DNA of 64,000 nucleotides from Dicyema japonicum (lineage: Eukaryota; Animalia; Dicyemida). The stretch lies in NCBI GenBank assembly GCA_011109175.1, contig RDEW01000012.1, positions 970,552 through 1,034,551 on the forward strand, given 5' to 3'. The notes under the pieces were generated by a model. That model worked only from the letters and a program-made list of their open reading frames with translations. It did not search any database and was not told where the DNA came from. Shown piece by piece: positions 1 through 12,026 of this stretch; the first letter of the stretch is position 1, and the number at the start of each line of letters is the position of its first letter. The translations under genes and the position numbers were made by a program.

Positions 1-2084
1 CTTTCTTCGGAGTTTTCTCTGGTTGGCCCATTTCATCAAACCAATGGTGTACTGCTCCCTATACTGTTTATAGGTACTCTCATTAATGAGACCTCTTTCC
101 TTGGATTCCTTCATGTATGAGCCAACGTTACCTCCAATTTCAGAATCACGTCAATTGAGTTTGATTTGCTAATTTTATATTTTGTTTCTGTCATTCTCCG
201 ACGAATTGCCTTATATTCTTCGGCTACGTTGCTTTTCGAAATTATATGATAATTCGAAGGCTTATATTGCAGTCTTGGAGATTGGCGCTCAGTTCTACCA
301 CGTGTCGACGGATCGTCTTTATTTTTAGTGTTTGTACTCATTTATTTCGTTCAATATGATATTACTGAAATTTCGATTTTCCCGTTTTTATACTCCCGAT
401 GGACGCAAAATTCAAAAGTGCAAAATTATTTGAAATTTGGTGAATCTTTTTTTGTAATTTTTACGAAAATTAAAATAATAAAGTTTTCCAGCGAAATAAC
501 TCGATAAATTTTATGCTGATTGATCGACCACAAGTAAAGGAATTTAAATATAAATTAACCACAATCATTAAGACTTCTAATTTATAACATGAAATGACAG
601 TACGAGTTTTCTGACTCTGATAAATTGTACTGTCCTCGTGGTGGAAGTTAGGAACTAATGAAGCGTTAAATAAGCCTAAAGGCGAGGTTGGGAGGATATA
701 TATTCCATATTTATATGTTAGATTATTTTGGGGGATTTATTTGTAGCAATATTCGAACAAGATTTTCTTAAAATAATCAAAAATCAGTTTTCTAAATCGT
801 GACTTAGATTTATGAAGAATTTGTTTTGTGGTTTAAACATTTTTTAAATTTTTAAGCACTGAAGAATGGTTGACTAACACCACCAATCGATATTCTCAAA
901 TAGCTAAAATTCAGTGGCCTCTAATGGAGATAGGTTAATCACTGCGGAACAAGGCTGCAGGGATTATCCACGTTGCTGTTTTTACTATTTAAGCGTAATT
1001 TAAATAACAAAAAATAAAATCGTGAGAGGAAATAGCCACGCATCAGGGCAGCCGCTATATAACCGTTTACTCTTGTTTCTTTCATAATAAAAAGTTTTAT
1101 TTAAAAAAATAAAGAACATTCATTTTATATGATTTTTGAGATTAAGTTTTCTGTTATTACTTTTCTTGTTATATTGGGTTCTATCCCTTAAGCTTGTCTA
1201 TGAATCTAAAATTTTAGTTTTTAAGAAATGATATTGTTATTTTTGAAACTTTGTGTATTCTCTCTAGTTTGCCAATTAGTTAGTTATCCCCACACTAACA
1301 TGTAGCAGGCAGACTGCCATCAAACGTCCAGGTAAGAGTGTGGGCCTATTTCGTCTTTGAGGTATAATCGACCATCAATGACAATAAATTTCTAGGATTT
1401 TTTCATTAATTTGTATTTCTCTTGTCTTGAAGATGTACAGGATCACCATTTAGAATGTTCACTATAGATTGATATTCCATAATATTTTTGACAAAGTCTA
1501 TTATTATTACATAAAGAGATGAACATTTTATACAGCACATGTTGAATATTATGAATAACGGCAAAATATATTATATATGTCTTACACAATCAAAAATGAT
1601 CAAAGCCACATTAAGTATGACATCAGACAAGTGGCCCGACAGTGATTGACAGGTGACAAGTAACCAGCATGGGACGCGTGCCACCACGGGACGCGACAGT
1701 TCCGGAAAGATTCCTTGGCCAATGAAGCTTTCATTTCTCTACGAGTTTCCACTTTCGAATTTCAATCCCCGGCAATAAACAATAAGTATGATGAACTGAG
1801 TTCTGTTATGTCCTTCCCTGCTCATAGAAACTTTTCAGGATTTTATAGGATACGTCCACTGTGCTTAAACGTTATAATGAAATTAGCCTCCTCGAATTTC
1901 TGTTTGATCTTTTACATAGTTGTAAGACGCTGATCCTGTCATTGACTTACTAATAACGATATAACCCAGTATATAACCCGGTATCCTTGTGTATTACAAA
2001 ACCTAGTCCATAATGACTCGATTCCGGGGAAGCAATGTTAAGCGTTAATTTCCATGTATTTCTTCGAGTCCATTTTTATTTTAG

Positions 2085-2525
2085 TCTCCTGCAAATTTTG
2101 AAATTTTAAAGACAATAAAGTCAATTTTGAAAATTAATAAATCATTATTAAGAAACAAATAAAATAATCAGTTAATTTATCCCCAGTAAAGCATATTTAA
2201 AACTGCCATCCATCCAAAGTGGACCCCGCCGACATTATCGACGTTGCGTTGCCTCTCACGATTGCAACAGAGATCAACTGGAGTAGACACCGGGTCTCAC
2301 GTACGTCGTGGCTTTTTAGTGTAGCTAAGCGTCCAAGTTTCTTTAGGAAGCGAAGCGATTTTCCACTTATTCCTCCAGTTGTCTCGACCACTATCGGATA
2401 AAACGCGAATCGGTCGCGTAGCGCTTCGTACTTCTTCTTTGCCATCATCGTTTTTTCCGCGGAATACAGTGTGTCAATTTTTTATGTCAAAATTTCGGAT
2501 TTATAAAATCAAAAAATCGCAATAA
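2085..2525 (+). mobile_element. hAT-family right-end remnant interrupted by a CRE 3' fragment
   Basis: Flanks 2085-2128 and 2473-2522 (gtcaaaatttcggattt...aaaaaatcgc) match the right end of the complete element at 36550-36624. Confidence 0.7.
2129..2472 (-). mobile_element. CRE-clade non-LTR retrotransposon, 5'-truncated 3' end
   Basis: ORF 2197-2448 reads KKKYEAL..FYPIVVETTGG..ISVAIVRGNA, the C-terminus of the REL endonuclease. Flanked by direct repeat GTCAATTTT at 2120-2128 and 2473-2481 (TSD). Confidence 0.8.
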
Positions 2526-2679
2526 TATATTTCTCAACATCGGAACATAGCCTCTTAGCCACGTTATGAAGGTATGGATGGTCAGGTCATTGGATTGTTC
2601 TAAATGCTTTATAGGCATAGTGCAATAGAGGCATGTATAATATTCTTTGATCAAATGTTTCTTTAATGTCATTTGTCAC

Positions 2680-3010
2680 ACAAACATTTGACAGCATTAA
2701 CCACAGAGCCATAATCAGTCAGTTATCTTGGACGTGAATTGGGTGAAGGTGTACCTAGAAGGAAGAAGCTCCTATGATAGATACGGATGCTATTTTTCAA
2801 ATATGATATTATTGAAGAGAGGAGTCCCACAGGGATCAATTTTGATCCCTCTTTTATGTTCTTATGGTCGGTTTCCCGTCTCCGAGATAGTCAAGTACGA
2901 GATCTCTATATACGCAGATGACGTGTGTTGAGATCGAGTATGATCTTGGAGGAGACTCAATGACGTGTGTTGAGATCGAGTATGATCTTGGAAAAGACTC
3001 TTCCTAAAAA
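2680..3010 (+). mobile_element. LINE reverse transcriptase fragment
   Basis: FDSINH, GVPQGSIL and IYADD motifs; ends in a 42-bp tandem duplication (2918-3000). Confidence 0.8.
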
Positions 3011-3089
3011 GAGATGCCACCATTAACTTGTATGTCGAAGCATAGAATGAAAGATAAAAGGGGTCTGAGAGCGCATAAAATAGTCCAAG

Positions 3090-3330
3090 CTATTGTAGGA
3101 CTTGTGGTGAGAAGCCTAATAAATATTATGAAATTTCAAGTGAGCATTTTAAATGGTGACCCTGTACAGACATCTTCAAAACAGGTGAAATACAAATTGA
3201 CGAAACAATCGAGAAATTTATTTGATGGTCGATCATACATCAAAAAGGAAAAAATTTGAAAAGCACAGACTAGTTATTTGCATGGATAACTAGTCTAAAT
3301 GCGAACTATTGCGGAGTCTATCATAGAAAT
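3090..3330 (+). pseudogene. Degenerate cadherin-like repeat relic
   Basis: FQVSILNGDPVQTSSKQVKYKL resembles VxAxDxD...IxYxL. A related IVNILNGDPV peptide lies on the - strand at about 1425-1470. Confidence 0.3.
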
Positions 3331-4174
3331 AGCCATTCGGGGATTCTTAAACTGCAGCAAGAATGTTTGCATTCCTTTTTTTAATAAAACGGAAAATTAT
3401 TAAAAGAATTGTCAAAAAGTGCAAATTTGCAAGTTTTCTATTTCACTTGAAGTAGAAAATTAATTTATAGTTTTCCGATTCTAAATACCATGTGATTGCC
3501 AATGACCTAATGAGTCAATCATGACTGTGTTTATTATTTTAATTTCAAAGAAAGTGAGAGTTCGGATGATTTTTTTTCATGTTTTTCACGATCATCAGAG
3601 GATGGAACATATTTCAGACGTTCCAGGTAATTATTGTATGAAATATGCTAGAAAACTTAGATACATATCACTTTGATCTGAATTTTATTCTAGCAAATCT
3701 ATTTCAACCTATTTTATGCGGATGAAAAAAAATGAAGGTTAATCAATCAAAATATGACTTTTCAATTGGAAATGAGGTTTTTAGTGGATAATTTTAGATA
3801 CAAGTTTTAAAGGATTGTGGGACTAATACATCGCTAAAGTTGAGGAGATTTGTATCTCCATACGAAGAATAAAGTAATTTCTCAATTTTGTCGAACAACC
3901 GACGATTTTTTGATTGATCGAATGACAGGCGATAGATTGATTGACAGTGACATGCAACAAGCATGGAATGGGTAACCCCTGCAAGACGCGACATATCCTT
4001 CTTATCACGATCCTGGCCTATCAGCCAGAGGGGGTGTTAGATCTCACCCCCTTTATGGTTTTTAAACAAAATTAAATCTTCACTATTCCTTATGTCTGGA
4101 AGTCTCGCTCACAAGTTTTTCTCTAGGAGTCTTGATCAGCCCATATTACTAGGGCAACGAGAATATTTTAATTT

Positions 4175-4285
4175 TTAATAATAATGACACCAGAGACTAA
4201 CTAATCACGTGATCCCATCACTCACTAGCAGGAGCCTCATCTTGGACCGATGCTCCTCTCTCGACCCCACACAAGCACATGTAAA
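4175..4285 (-). mobile_element. LINE 3'-terminal fragment (CVG..EH..GIT* group)
   Basis: Reads CACVGSREEHRSKMRLLLVSDGIT*, followed by TTAGTTAGT and an AT-rich tail. Confidence 0.7.
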
Positions 4286-4294
4286 AATAGCGAA

Positions 4295-5300
4295 AATTAT
4301 TATTATTATTGAAAATTAAAAATCACCGACAAATTAAATAACTAATAGCCGTCAGGTGATTCCGGCCGCCTCGAATAGCCATCTCATTCTTGCTCGATGT
4401 TCCTCCCGGATTCCAACGCATTTCCTGATTGGGCGTGGGTTTCTTACTTTTGGGGTTGGTAGTAAGGCTCCGGTTTTCCTCACTAATTTCTCAAATGGTG
4501 TAGGGTTTAGTGGTGTATGGGAAAACCTTTACACAGCCTTACTGGCCATTTTTGGAATATATTAATTTTTTCCATATTCGTGTTTGATAGTTTGGTTCCC
4601 CATGCAGCACACCCATAAGTCAGAGACGGTTGAATATACTGTACGTAGAGCGAGTCCAACTTTGTATTGAAACACCCCTTATATTGTCCAAAGAGTGTTT
4701 TAACAAAATTTAGCTTTCGTTGTGCCGAGGAGATAACGTTGTCGATGTGTTTGCTGAAGATCAAAAGTGGGTCGTATGTTACGCCCAGTATCTTGACCGA
4801 GTTGGTCGTGGGGATTGAGTTTCCATTTATGGTTACACATGGAGTGGAGTTTGTCAATTGTTGTATAAGACTTTTCGGGACTTGTATGTAGAATGTTCTT
4901 AACGAGCCAGCAGTTAATCGTCCAATGAAGCTTTTAGCCGGTATACAGCAGTATTAACGCACTGGTCTTTGACTGCGACGATTATATCATCCGCATATAT
5001 CAGAATCAGAGTATCGTCACTGGTAAGGGAGGGCATATCATTTTGGAATAGATTGAATAGGTGTGGTGACAGTGAAGATCCTTGAGGGACCCCATTTGGA
5101 AGGAACTTGGTCACTGACCTAGTTTTTCCAGCAGTCACTCTTCCTCTTTTTCCATTTAGGAAATTATCAATCCAGATTTTCAGGTTGTTTGGGATTTTTG
5201 GCGTAAAGATCTTCCTTATCAAAAGCTTTCTTGGGACAGTGTCAAAAGTTTTTTCTATATCGATCGAGCATATCAATGACTTCTTATAAGGTTTGCGTTT
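4295..5300 (-). mobile_element. 5'-truncated LINE (Ingi/Vingi/I-like RT plus 3' end)
   Basis: SIDIEKTFDTVP, GVPQGSSLSP, IYADD, ILGVTYD and YGCAAW motifs. C-terminus RPIRKCVGIREEHRARMRWLFEAAGIT*; (TAA)n tail at about 4297-4310. Confidence 0.85.
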
Positions 5301-5387
5301 AGGCCAAAAATATAATTTTTTAATTTTCGCATAAAAAATAATATGTGCTTATAAAAATTATTTATTATTATACAGGGTTTTCCGATT

Positions 5388-5531
5388 TATTTAATAACTT
5401 TGTCATAAAATTTAATAATTTTGTCAAAATATTTAATAACTTTGTCAAAATGTTTAATAATTTGTCAAAATATTTAATAACTTTGTCAAAATGTTTAATA
5501 ACTTTGTCAAAATACTTAATAACTTTGTCAA
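5388..5531 (+). repeat. 21-bp tandem repeat array inside the left TIR (about 7 units)
   Basis: Unit ATTTAATAACTTTGTCAAAAT; inverted counterpart at about 6235-6393. Confidence 0.9.
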
Positions 5532-6234
5532 GGGTCAAATTAAAAAAAACCAATTTTATAATTAATTGAAAAAAACAACTATAAATTAAAATTCTTCATT
5601 AGCCAATGCTTTAACTAAATTGCTCCGCATATGGCTGTACAAATTATTGCACACATCTGATGAAATTTCTCCGATGTTTTGGATTGCGTTTATTAATTCA
5701 TCGAGTTCCTACAATTTTTCTTTTTGATGATTATTTTTCCAAACAGAAAAAAACTCTTCAATTGGATTAAGTTGAGGAGTATAAGGAGGCAAAAATACAA
5801 TTCATACCCTATATACGTTAAAAATCAATTGGATACCAGTTCCGAATACAATGTAAAAGGCCGTCCACAGAAATAGCAGCACAAATAGAGAAATTTTTCT
5901 CTCTTATGTTTCTAGTACATTTTTTCGAACTCTTTTATAGATCTTCCAAATTTGGATCTCATCAAACATTTGACTCCCATTTCGTCTATAAAAATAAGTC
6001 GTTGATTATCAACTTCAATTATTTTTCTGGCAGATCTATATCTTTCTTCCATATTTATTGTAGAATTTCTCGCCATAGGTACAAATTGATTTTTTTAAAC
6101 TATATCCAAATGTCTCTAGCGTCCTATTTATTGTCGATTGAGAGACATTTTTTCTTTTCACATCAAATAAAGAATTTTGTAAATTCTTCAGCGTAAATGA
6201 AGCATCTTCTTCAATTTTTATTAGCATCTTCTTA

Positions 6235-6393
6235 AAGTTATTAAGTATTTTGACAAAGTTATTAAACATTTTGACAAAGTTATTAAATATTTTGACAAAT
6301 TATTAAACATTTTGACAAAGTTATTAGATATTTTGACAAATTATTAGATATTTTGACAAAGTTATTAGATTTTATGACAAAAGTTATTAAATA
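6235..6393 (-). repeat. 21-bp tandem repeat array inside the right TIR
   Basis: Unit ATTTTGACAAAGTTATTAAAT, the reverse complement of the 5388-5531 array. Confidence 0.9.
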
Positions 6394-6439
6394 AATCGGA
6401 AAACCCTGTAACAAAATCAAATAGTAATTAATAATTTGT

Positions 6440-6780
6440 TTTGTGGGAATTTTGGATATTAGTGAAATATCACTTTCAACTGAGGCAGAACAGGCAGTAC
6501 ATCCTCAGAGATTTGCATGCACAGATGGTGGGAGACTTTTATTTGAATATTTTAGTATTTCCAAATTCTCTGTCATTTAAAGTTTTGTGGAAAAATATTA
6601 ATTCACTTTGCAAGATCTTTGGTGACCCTTTCGATCATTGAGCCGATACGATGGACTAGATCGTCCGCTTGTGGAGCAAGGATTCTATTGTCTCAACAGC
6701 AAATGGAACAAACAAATGATCCTCCATAAGTCGAACGGATCCCTTCTCTGCATAACTTGCACTGAGCGCCACACAACAGG
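6440..6780 (-). mobile_element. Degraded CRE-clade fragment
   Basis: HLFVPFAVET motif on the - strand; nucleotide similarity to 36680-36770. Confidence 0.6.
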
Positions 6781-7880
6781 TGAACGCACATGAACGAATA
6801 ATCGGTGTCTCTCAGGGAACAGTCCTCTCCTCACTTTTCAACTTTCAATTAACTTTTCACTTCATGCAACCTTCTCTAATCTGCTCTAGTGATCTCATTA
6901 TTTTAGCCAAAATAGGAACATTCAAACAGCCGCAGATAAAGTTCAAATCATTCAAATCTCTCCGGCTAGATGACTTCAAATTGGATGACTTTTCACCTTC
7001 AAATTCCCCAGTAACCTTGTTTACCACAGACCGAAAGGAATTCACTATAGTTAACTCTATCCTTACATAACCAGTTTTACTAGTTAACAACACCCAAAAT
7101 TCTATGAATCGTCATTGATTCTTCTCTGCTTTAACGAAACGATATAATCTTGCACTAATCAAGTTTTTTGCAGTAGTGGGTCGCTCAAACAACCAACCTA
7201 AAGAATGTCTAACGCTTTTATAAAGTCAACGCTTAATTATGCTCCCCAACATGTGTCCCATCATTCATTTTAATACTAAAGCTACAGTAGGTGCAAAACA
7301 GACAACCTATTTGAGAGCTACTCATGTCGACCAGTTACATGGGAGACGAGGATTCCTTCCGTCAAGTGGCCACCTCAAAATTCAAAACTTACAATATCTC
7401 CGACAAACACTTGACCCTAACCATCCAACCTTCACAATATCAAATCCACTAACCTCAGTCCGTAAAATATCTAACTTCCTAAGAAAATTTCCCCAAATTT
7501 CACCCCGAAAAAAATCGAATTTGGACTAATATACGGCTTTGTGTACACATGGGCACTTAAAAACAACGAAATACTAAGACACAGACCTTCTAAATCAGTA
7601 CTTCTCCAGAAGGCCAACAAAGTGGGACTCGCATGCCTATGGTGTGGACACAGTTTATCTCTGGATGAAAATAAGACTTCTATATTGTCTACTATTTTAA
7701 AATAAAGTTGCTTGTATTTTTAAGCAATAAAAACACGAGTGGAAATAGATAACTATGTGACCCAGACACGTTCCAGCAGAACTCTCAACATGTTTCAGTG
7801 TGTATCCGCGAACCCACACAAGACTTTGTCAACATTGAGATCGACTATTAGCTTTCCCAGTCTCCCGTCTTATGTGTAAA
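6780..7880 (+). mobile_element. Highly degraded Vingi/Ingi-like LINE 3' half
   Basis: GVSQGTVLS, VTLFTTD and HLKIQNLQYL..LDPNHP motifs, with Cys/His remnants near the end. Confidence 0.6.
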
Positions 7881-8756
7881 GAAGGGTAATTGATTGTAGT
7901 GCTAGTCAATTGTCCTTAAACGAATCATGTAGTCGATCAAACGTTGTGTAATTGTCACGTGGGCCATGACGATAATCAGATAGTCATTACCGACGTAGGA
8001 AGATCGTAGAGAATAAGTTCAACAAGAGAGGAGACAGTGGCGATCTGTAGGAGACATCATTAAGAGAAGTTGTGATGTTGATTTGCCAACACTCCAAGAA
8101 TTTATCGCATTTTTTTTCACTTTATTCTATTCTCTCGTTTATCTCTTATTGACTACTCTGAGATTCCTCTGCCCCATAAATATCCATATTGTCACTAAAA
8201 GCACGATTTATGCACTTTATGAGGTTTTTGTATATAGTAAGACCTTCATATAGCTCGAAGACAATATTTTCCCCCATAGTTTCACAAATCATGAGAATAC
8301 GTCTGAATCCTCAACGAGACAATAACTTCAGGGTTTCTAAATCACTCATGACTGCTAAAAAGTTCTGTCGGTTTACTTGTAAAACGTCAAACTTATGCCT
8401 TAGTCTTGTTGCAATGAAATATCTGTATTACCCCGTCTTCGTTCTTTGATTGTGCTTGTGGAAGACATCAGATATAAAGACGTTCTTGACTCGAGACTTG
8501 ATTGATTCAAATCCTGGAAAATTTCAGTGGAATTACTTTAAGAACAAGTTTATAAAAAAATAGTTCCACCGCAATAAAAATCTCACCCGTAATTCTGTAG
8601 TTTTACCATTGTAGAAGACATTTTATCACAATGTCCACGTTATCCCAAGGAAGCGACTTAGTTTCTACTGAGTTGTTCATGTTGAAACCATTTACCAAGT
8701 CGAGCTTATGACATCAGTTCCTGAGAACTATTTCTTTAAAACTCCTTAGTGATAAA

Positions 8757-8940
8757 TAGGGAGATTTTTGTCATATGTTCTTTAAAATTGTTTAAAACTT
8801 ATTAAAATGCGATTTTTAATCAAAAATATTATATAAATCAAAAATTATAAAGTCAAAAAAGTCAAAATTTTGTGTAATGTCAAAAAGTCAAAATTTAACT
8901 TTTTTAGATCAATAAAGTCACAATTTTTATTGATTTCGAT
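8757..8940 (+). mobile_element. hAT-family left-end remnant
   Basis: TAGGGAGATTTTTGTCA plus AAAGTCAAAA subterminal repeats; aligns with 35381-35580. Confidence 0.75.
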
Positions 8941-9138
8941 AATGACGACCTTTCTAGTCATCCAGACACAACAATTATTATTTATTAAAACGCAACAACC
9001 ACAAGCGGTTATTTAATGAAATAAAAAATTAAACAAAATATCAATTTTCCAAATGAGTTATATAATTTATGAATTGGACCCACGTCAGTATATAAACGGA
9101 ATGTATGGGTTAACAATAGACGGATAAAAACAATATTA

Positions 9139-10293
9139 TGTCACGAGCCTAGGGTGTTACCGAGTCTAGGTGGTTACACTTCACTTATTTTTTGATAAAG
9201 ATTGAAAATTAATTTATCGTTAAGATAAATAAAGGAAATTAAATTTTTTATAAAATAAAAACAGCGACCGAAAACCGCATAGGGAATTAGTGTCTATCAG
9301 AGATGTAGTTTCATGCGAGATTTATAATAATATTCTATCTATGTTTAGTTATTTCTCGTGATTGTGGATAAAGGACTTCCTAACAGGACGGACTTCCCAA
9401 GTACGTGTTGGAGCAAATATGTCAAAAGACAGCATACTGAAAAGGGGAGTTCCACAGGGTTCTGTCTTGAGCCCACTTCTATCAACATATTCCTATCAGA
9501 CTTTCCAACTCCACCGAATATAAACACCAGATTATTTATATACGCTGATGATATTCTGATAACGGATACATCCGGGAAATCAACTCTCTCAGAAAAAAGA
9601 ATCATGTCATTCATTAAACAAGTACAGGACTGGTGCACCAAAAAAGGGATAAGATTGTCCACGGAGAAGTCCAGCTTTCTACGAGTCAGTCGCCTAAGGA
9701 GGCATCAGACGCTTACTCACTAGAGATTCTTAAAGTAAATTCACTGCGCTACCTCGGCATAGTAATCGACGGAATAATTCCTTCATGGAGGACATTAGAA
9801 GAAGAAGGAAGAAGGCGCTTAAGCACTCTTATGTGTAAGCCTGGAAACCTTCTTGTTCATCTTCATGAGGATCATTCTACCGGAGCTGCTATATGGATAC
9901 GAAGCATGGTTTTTCTCTTGTCAAAAAGAAAGAATTATGTTATGGAAAAAACCAGAAGGTCGGCAATAAAGTTGACTTTGGGGAAAAGGCTTTGTGATGC
10001 TCTCAGCACTGAAGAAGACAAGATTCTAACACCGGTCAAAAATATTGTAGAGAAAAGGATCAATGGGATCCAACGATAGAAGAAAACTAAATAGAGTCAG
10101 GATGCATCGGGAGTGTCCAGGCCGCCTAGGCGGACACGTTTAAATATACTTAAACTAACTCCTTATTTACTGTCGAATAAATTTGGTTTTGTTTCTTTGT
10201 TGTTGTTCTTGGGTCCTATAAAAATGGTCGCCATAATTTTTTAGTTTATGGGTTATTCTAAGTCCATAAGTGTAACCACCTAGGCTCGTGACA
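9139..10293. mobile_element. Non-autonomous TIR element with TGT...ACA ends and 5-bp TSD (Ginger2/TDD-like)
   Basis: Left end TGTCACGAGCCTAGG..TGGTTACACTT, right end AAGTGTAACCACCTAGGCTCGTGACA. TATTA at 9134-9138 and 10294-10298. Confidence 0.75.
9345..10160 (+). mobile_element. LINE RT fragment nested in the Ginger-like element
   Basis: GVPQGSVLSP (frameshifted), FIYADD, W..K.GIRLSTEKS and RYLGIVID motifs. Confidence 0.8.
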
Positions 10294-10309
10294 TATTACA
10301 TTAAAACTA

Positions 10310-11450
10310 TAGAATTGGAAAGTCATGCTGATATTGTAGGATTGAGAGAAGGGGCCAAATTGTTGCTATTAATTGTCACAATTTGGGTAGTGTGAATCAC
10401 CAAAAGTTTGCTACGTTAATTAAAAGTCAGACAACTCAGTTCTCCGTTAAAATACAAAGATTTGTGAACTGGCATTCCTTCTGATGTAAATTCTGTGGAA
10501 TCATCACCAATAATCCTGAGTGCGATTTCGTTCAACAAAAACTTAAAAACCCTTTTTTTAAATCAAAACATAAAATTCCCTTTTACAAAATATTTCAAGA
10601 AATCCTAGAAGACATATTGATTGAGGACAACCAATAAAAGTATGATGATATAACCAAAAGAGCCTCCATTTATAAAGAGGAATATAAAAAGGGTATTAAA
10701 GTCCTTTAAGCATAAATTCAAGTTTACGTCAAAATCCCATGATTCATATTTTACTTTTTAATGAATATATATTATTGAATGAATACAGTAGTCTCGATTC
10801 CTTTTCTGATAGACCACTCGACCTGTTGGCCTTATAAGCTGAGAAGCAGTGAACGCAGACAAGGAGATATAACTTTGGTAGAAATATTCAGTTCACTTTA
10901 ACCATTTTTCAGATCAGATAATTTATTTAGTAACCCATGAACTAAGTTAACCATAGTGATTCTTAGTGAACGATAACTACATTCGTTCAAGAGAGTAAAG
11001 ATATCGTTAGACATCCAATTTGAGTAAACTACTACTCATTTCTATATTAATGGTTTCATTATTTAATCAAGCAAAACTAATTTAAAATCTCCCTATAACC
11101 TGTTGAGGGACGTTTTCCTTATTGGGAGAATTATCATCAAAAGATAGCGATTTTTAACCTGAAAACCTTTGAATTCATAAAGTCTCTAAATTTTTATTCG
11201 GAAACAGAAACAAAAATAAAGAACTTCATCCATCAAGAGATACTGGCCACTGGTGCGGATGATAGCCATACAAAGCAGTTACGAGACAATTGCCGTCTGG
11301 GAAGGAATCGAAGTCATACTGCAATCGTATTCTGATTTCGGTGAGGACCATTACATATTTTTTCAATCGGTTTAGATGTTTTGAAGGCGACTGAACAATA
11401 CTTACTCTTAATAAGCATTGTGAACTACAACTCTTTAGTTTGAAGTGAAA
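10310..11450 (-). pseudogene. Degenerate cadherin-like repeat relic
   Basis: LNEIALRIIGDDSTEFTSEG..KSLYFNGETE at about 10420-10535; no open frame. Boundaries approximate. Confidence 0.3.
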
Positions 11451-12026
11451 TACCCTTTCGTTAGTATTGCATTGGCACTTCTTAAGATTAATAAAATATT
11501 ATAATCAAAGAATGTCCAAAATTTTATAATTTTTACGGTCAATAAAGTCAAAAATTAATTTTTAAATAAAATAACATCAATTATCATTTTACATATTATT
11601 CTGTCGAATGCAATCAAGAAATCATTGGAAAGGTTTAAATGCTGTTATGAATTATCCTGGACAACATTCAATGGATTCATCCAAGAAAGCGACCTCAAAA
11701 TTTGTCGATTATTACCCACTAATGTAAAACAAGTATCTCCCAATGTCCAAAAGCATGTTCAGACGAGCCAAGAGCATAACAACAAATCTCCAGTTCCCTC
11801 ATCAATGGCCTAATCAAACATGATCGAAACTACACCTCAAATAGAATATGAAGTCTTCATTTAAAACATCTTTAACTCAACTCAGAATTCTTCATAAATG
11901 CTACATACCTATGATCTGGAGAAAGTCTATCATCATCCTTGTCTTCAAAGCAATCAAAGATCCTTCGTCTTACAAGCCTACTATTTCTCTCAGTTGTATT
12001 GAAGATTTTAAAAAAATAAAGTAAAT

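Larger units (their letters stand above)
5373..6408 (-). mobile_element. IS630/Tc1-mariner-like DNA transposon, internally deleted, with long modular TIRs
   Basis: TIR CAGGGTTTTCCGATTTATTTAATAAC at both ends with TA on each side (5371-5372, 6409-6410). Transposase remnants: FTLKNLQ..VSQSTINRTL..GYSLKK and FLPPYTPQLNPIEEFFSVWK. Confidence 0.9.

Noticed and set aside
111-341. 76-aa ORF at the window start
   Set aside because: No recognisable homology, and the context is cut off by the window edge.
1960-2040. tRNA-like T-loop (ACTCGATTCC)
   Set aside because: No cloverleaf could be built.
4010-4055. Two adjacent hairpins as an HDV/hammerhead ribozyme or a Helitron 3' end
   Set aside because: No pseudoknot topology, no complete hammerhead core, and no CTRR at the expected distance.
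5388-6393. 21-bp repeats as a CRISPR array or as coding repeats (ORFs 5345-5569, 5368-5553)
   Set aside because: No spacers; the arrays are mirror-image parts of transposon TIRs.
7895-8100. Possible solo LTR with primer-binding site
   Set aside because: No second LTR, TSD or gag/pol nearby.
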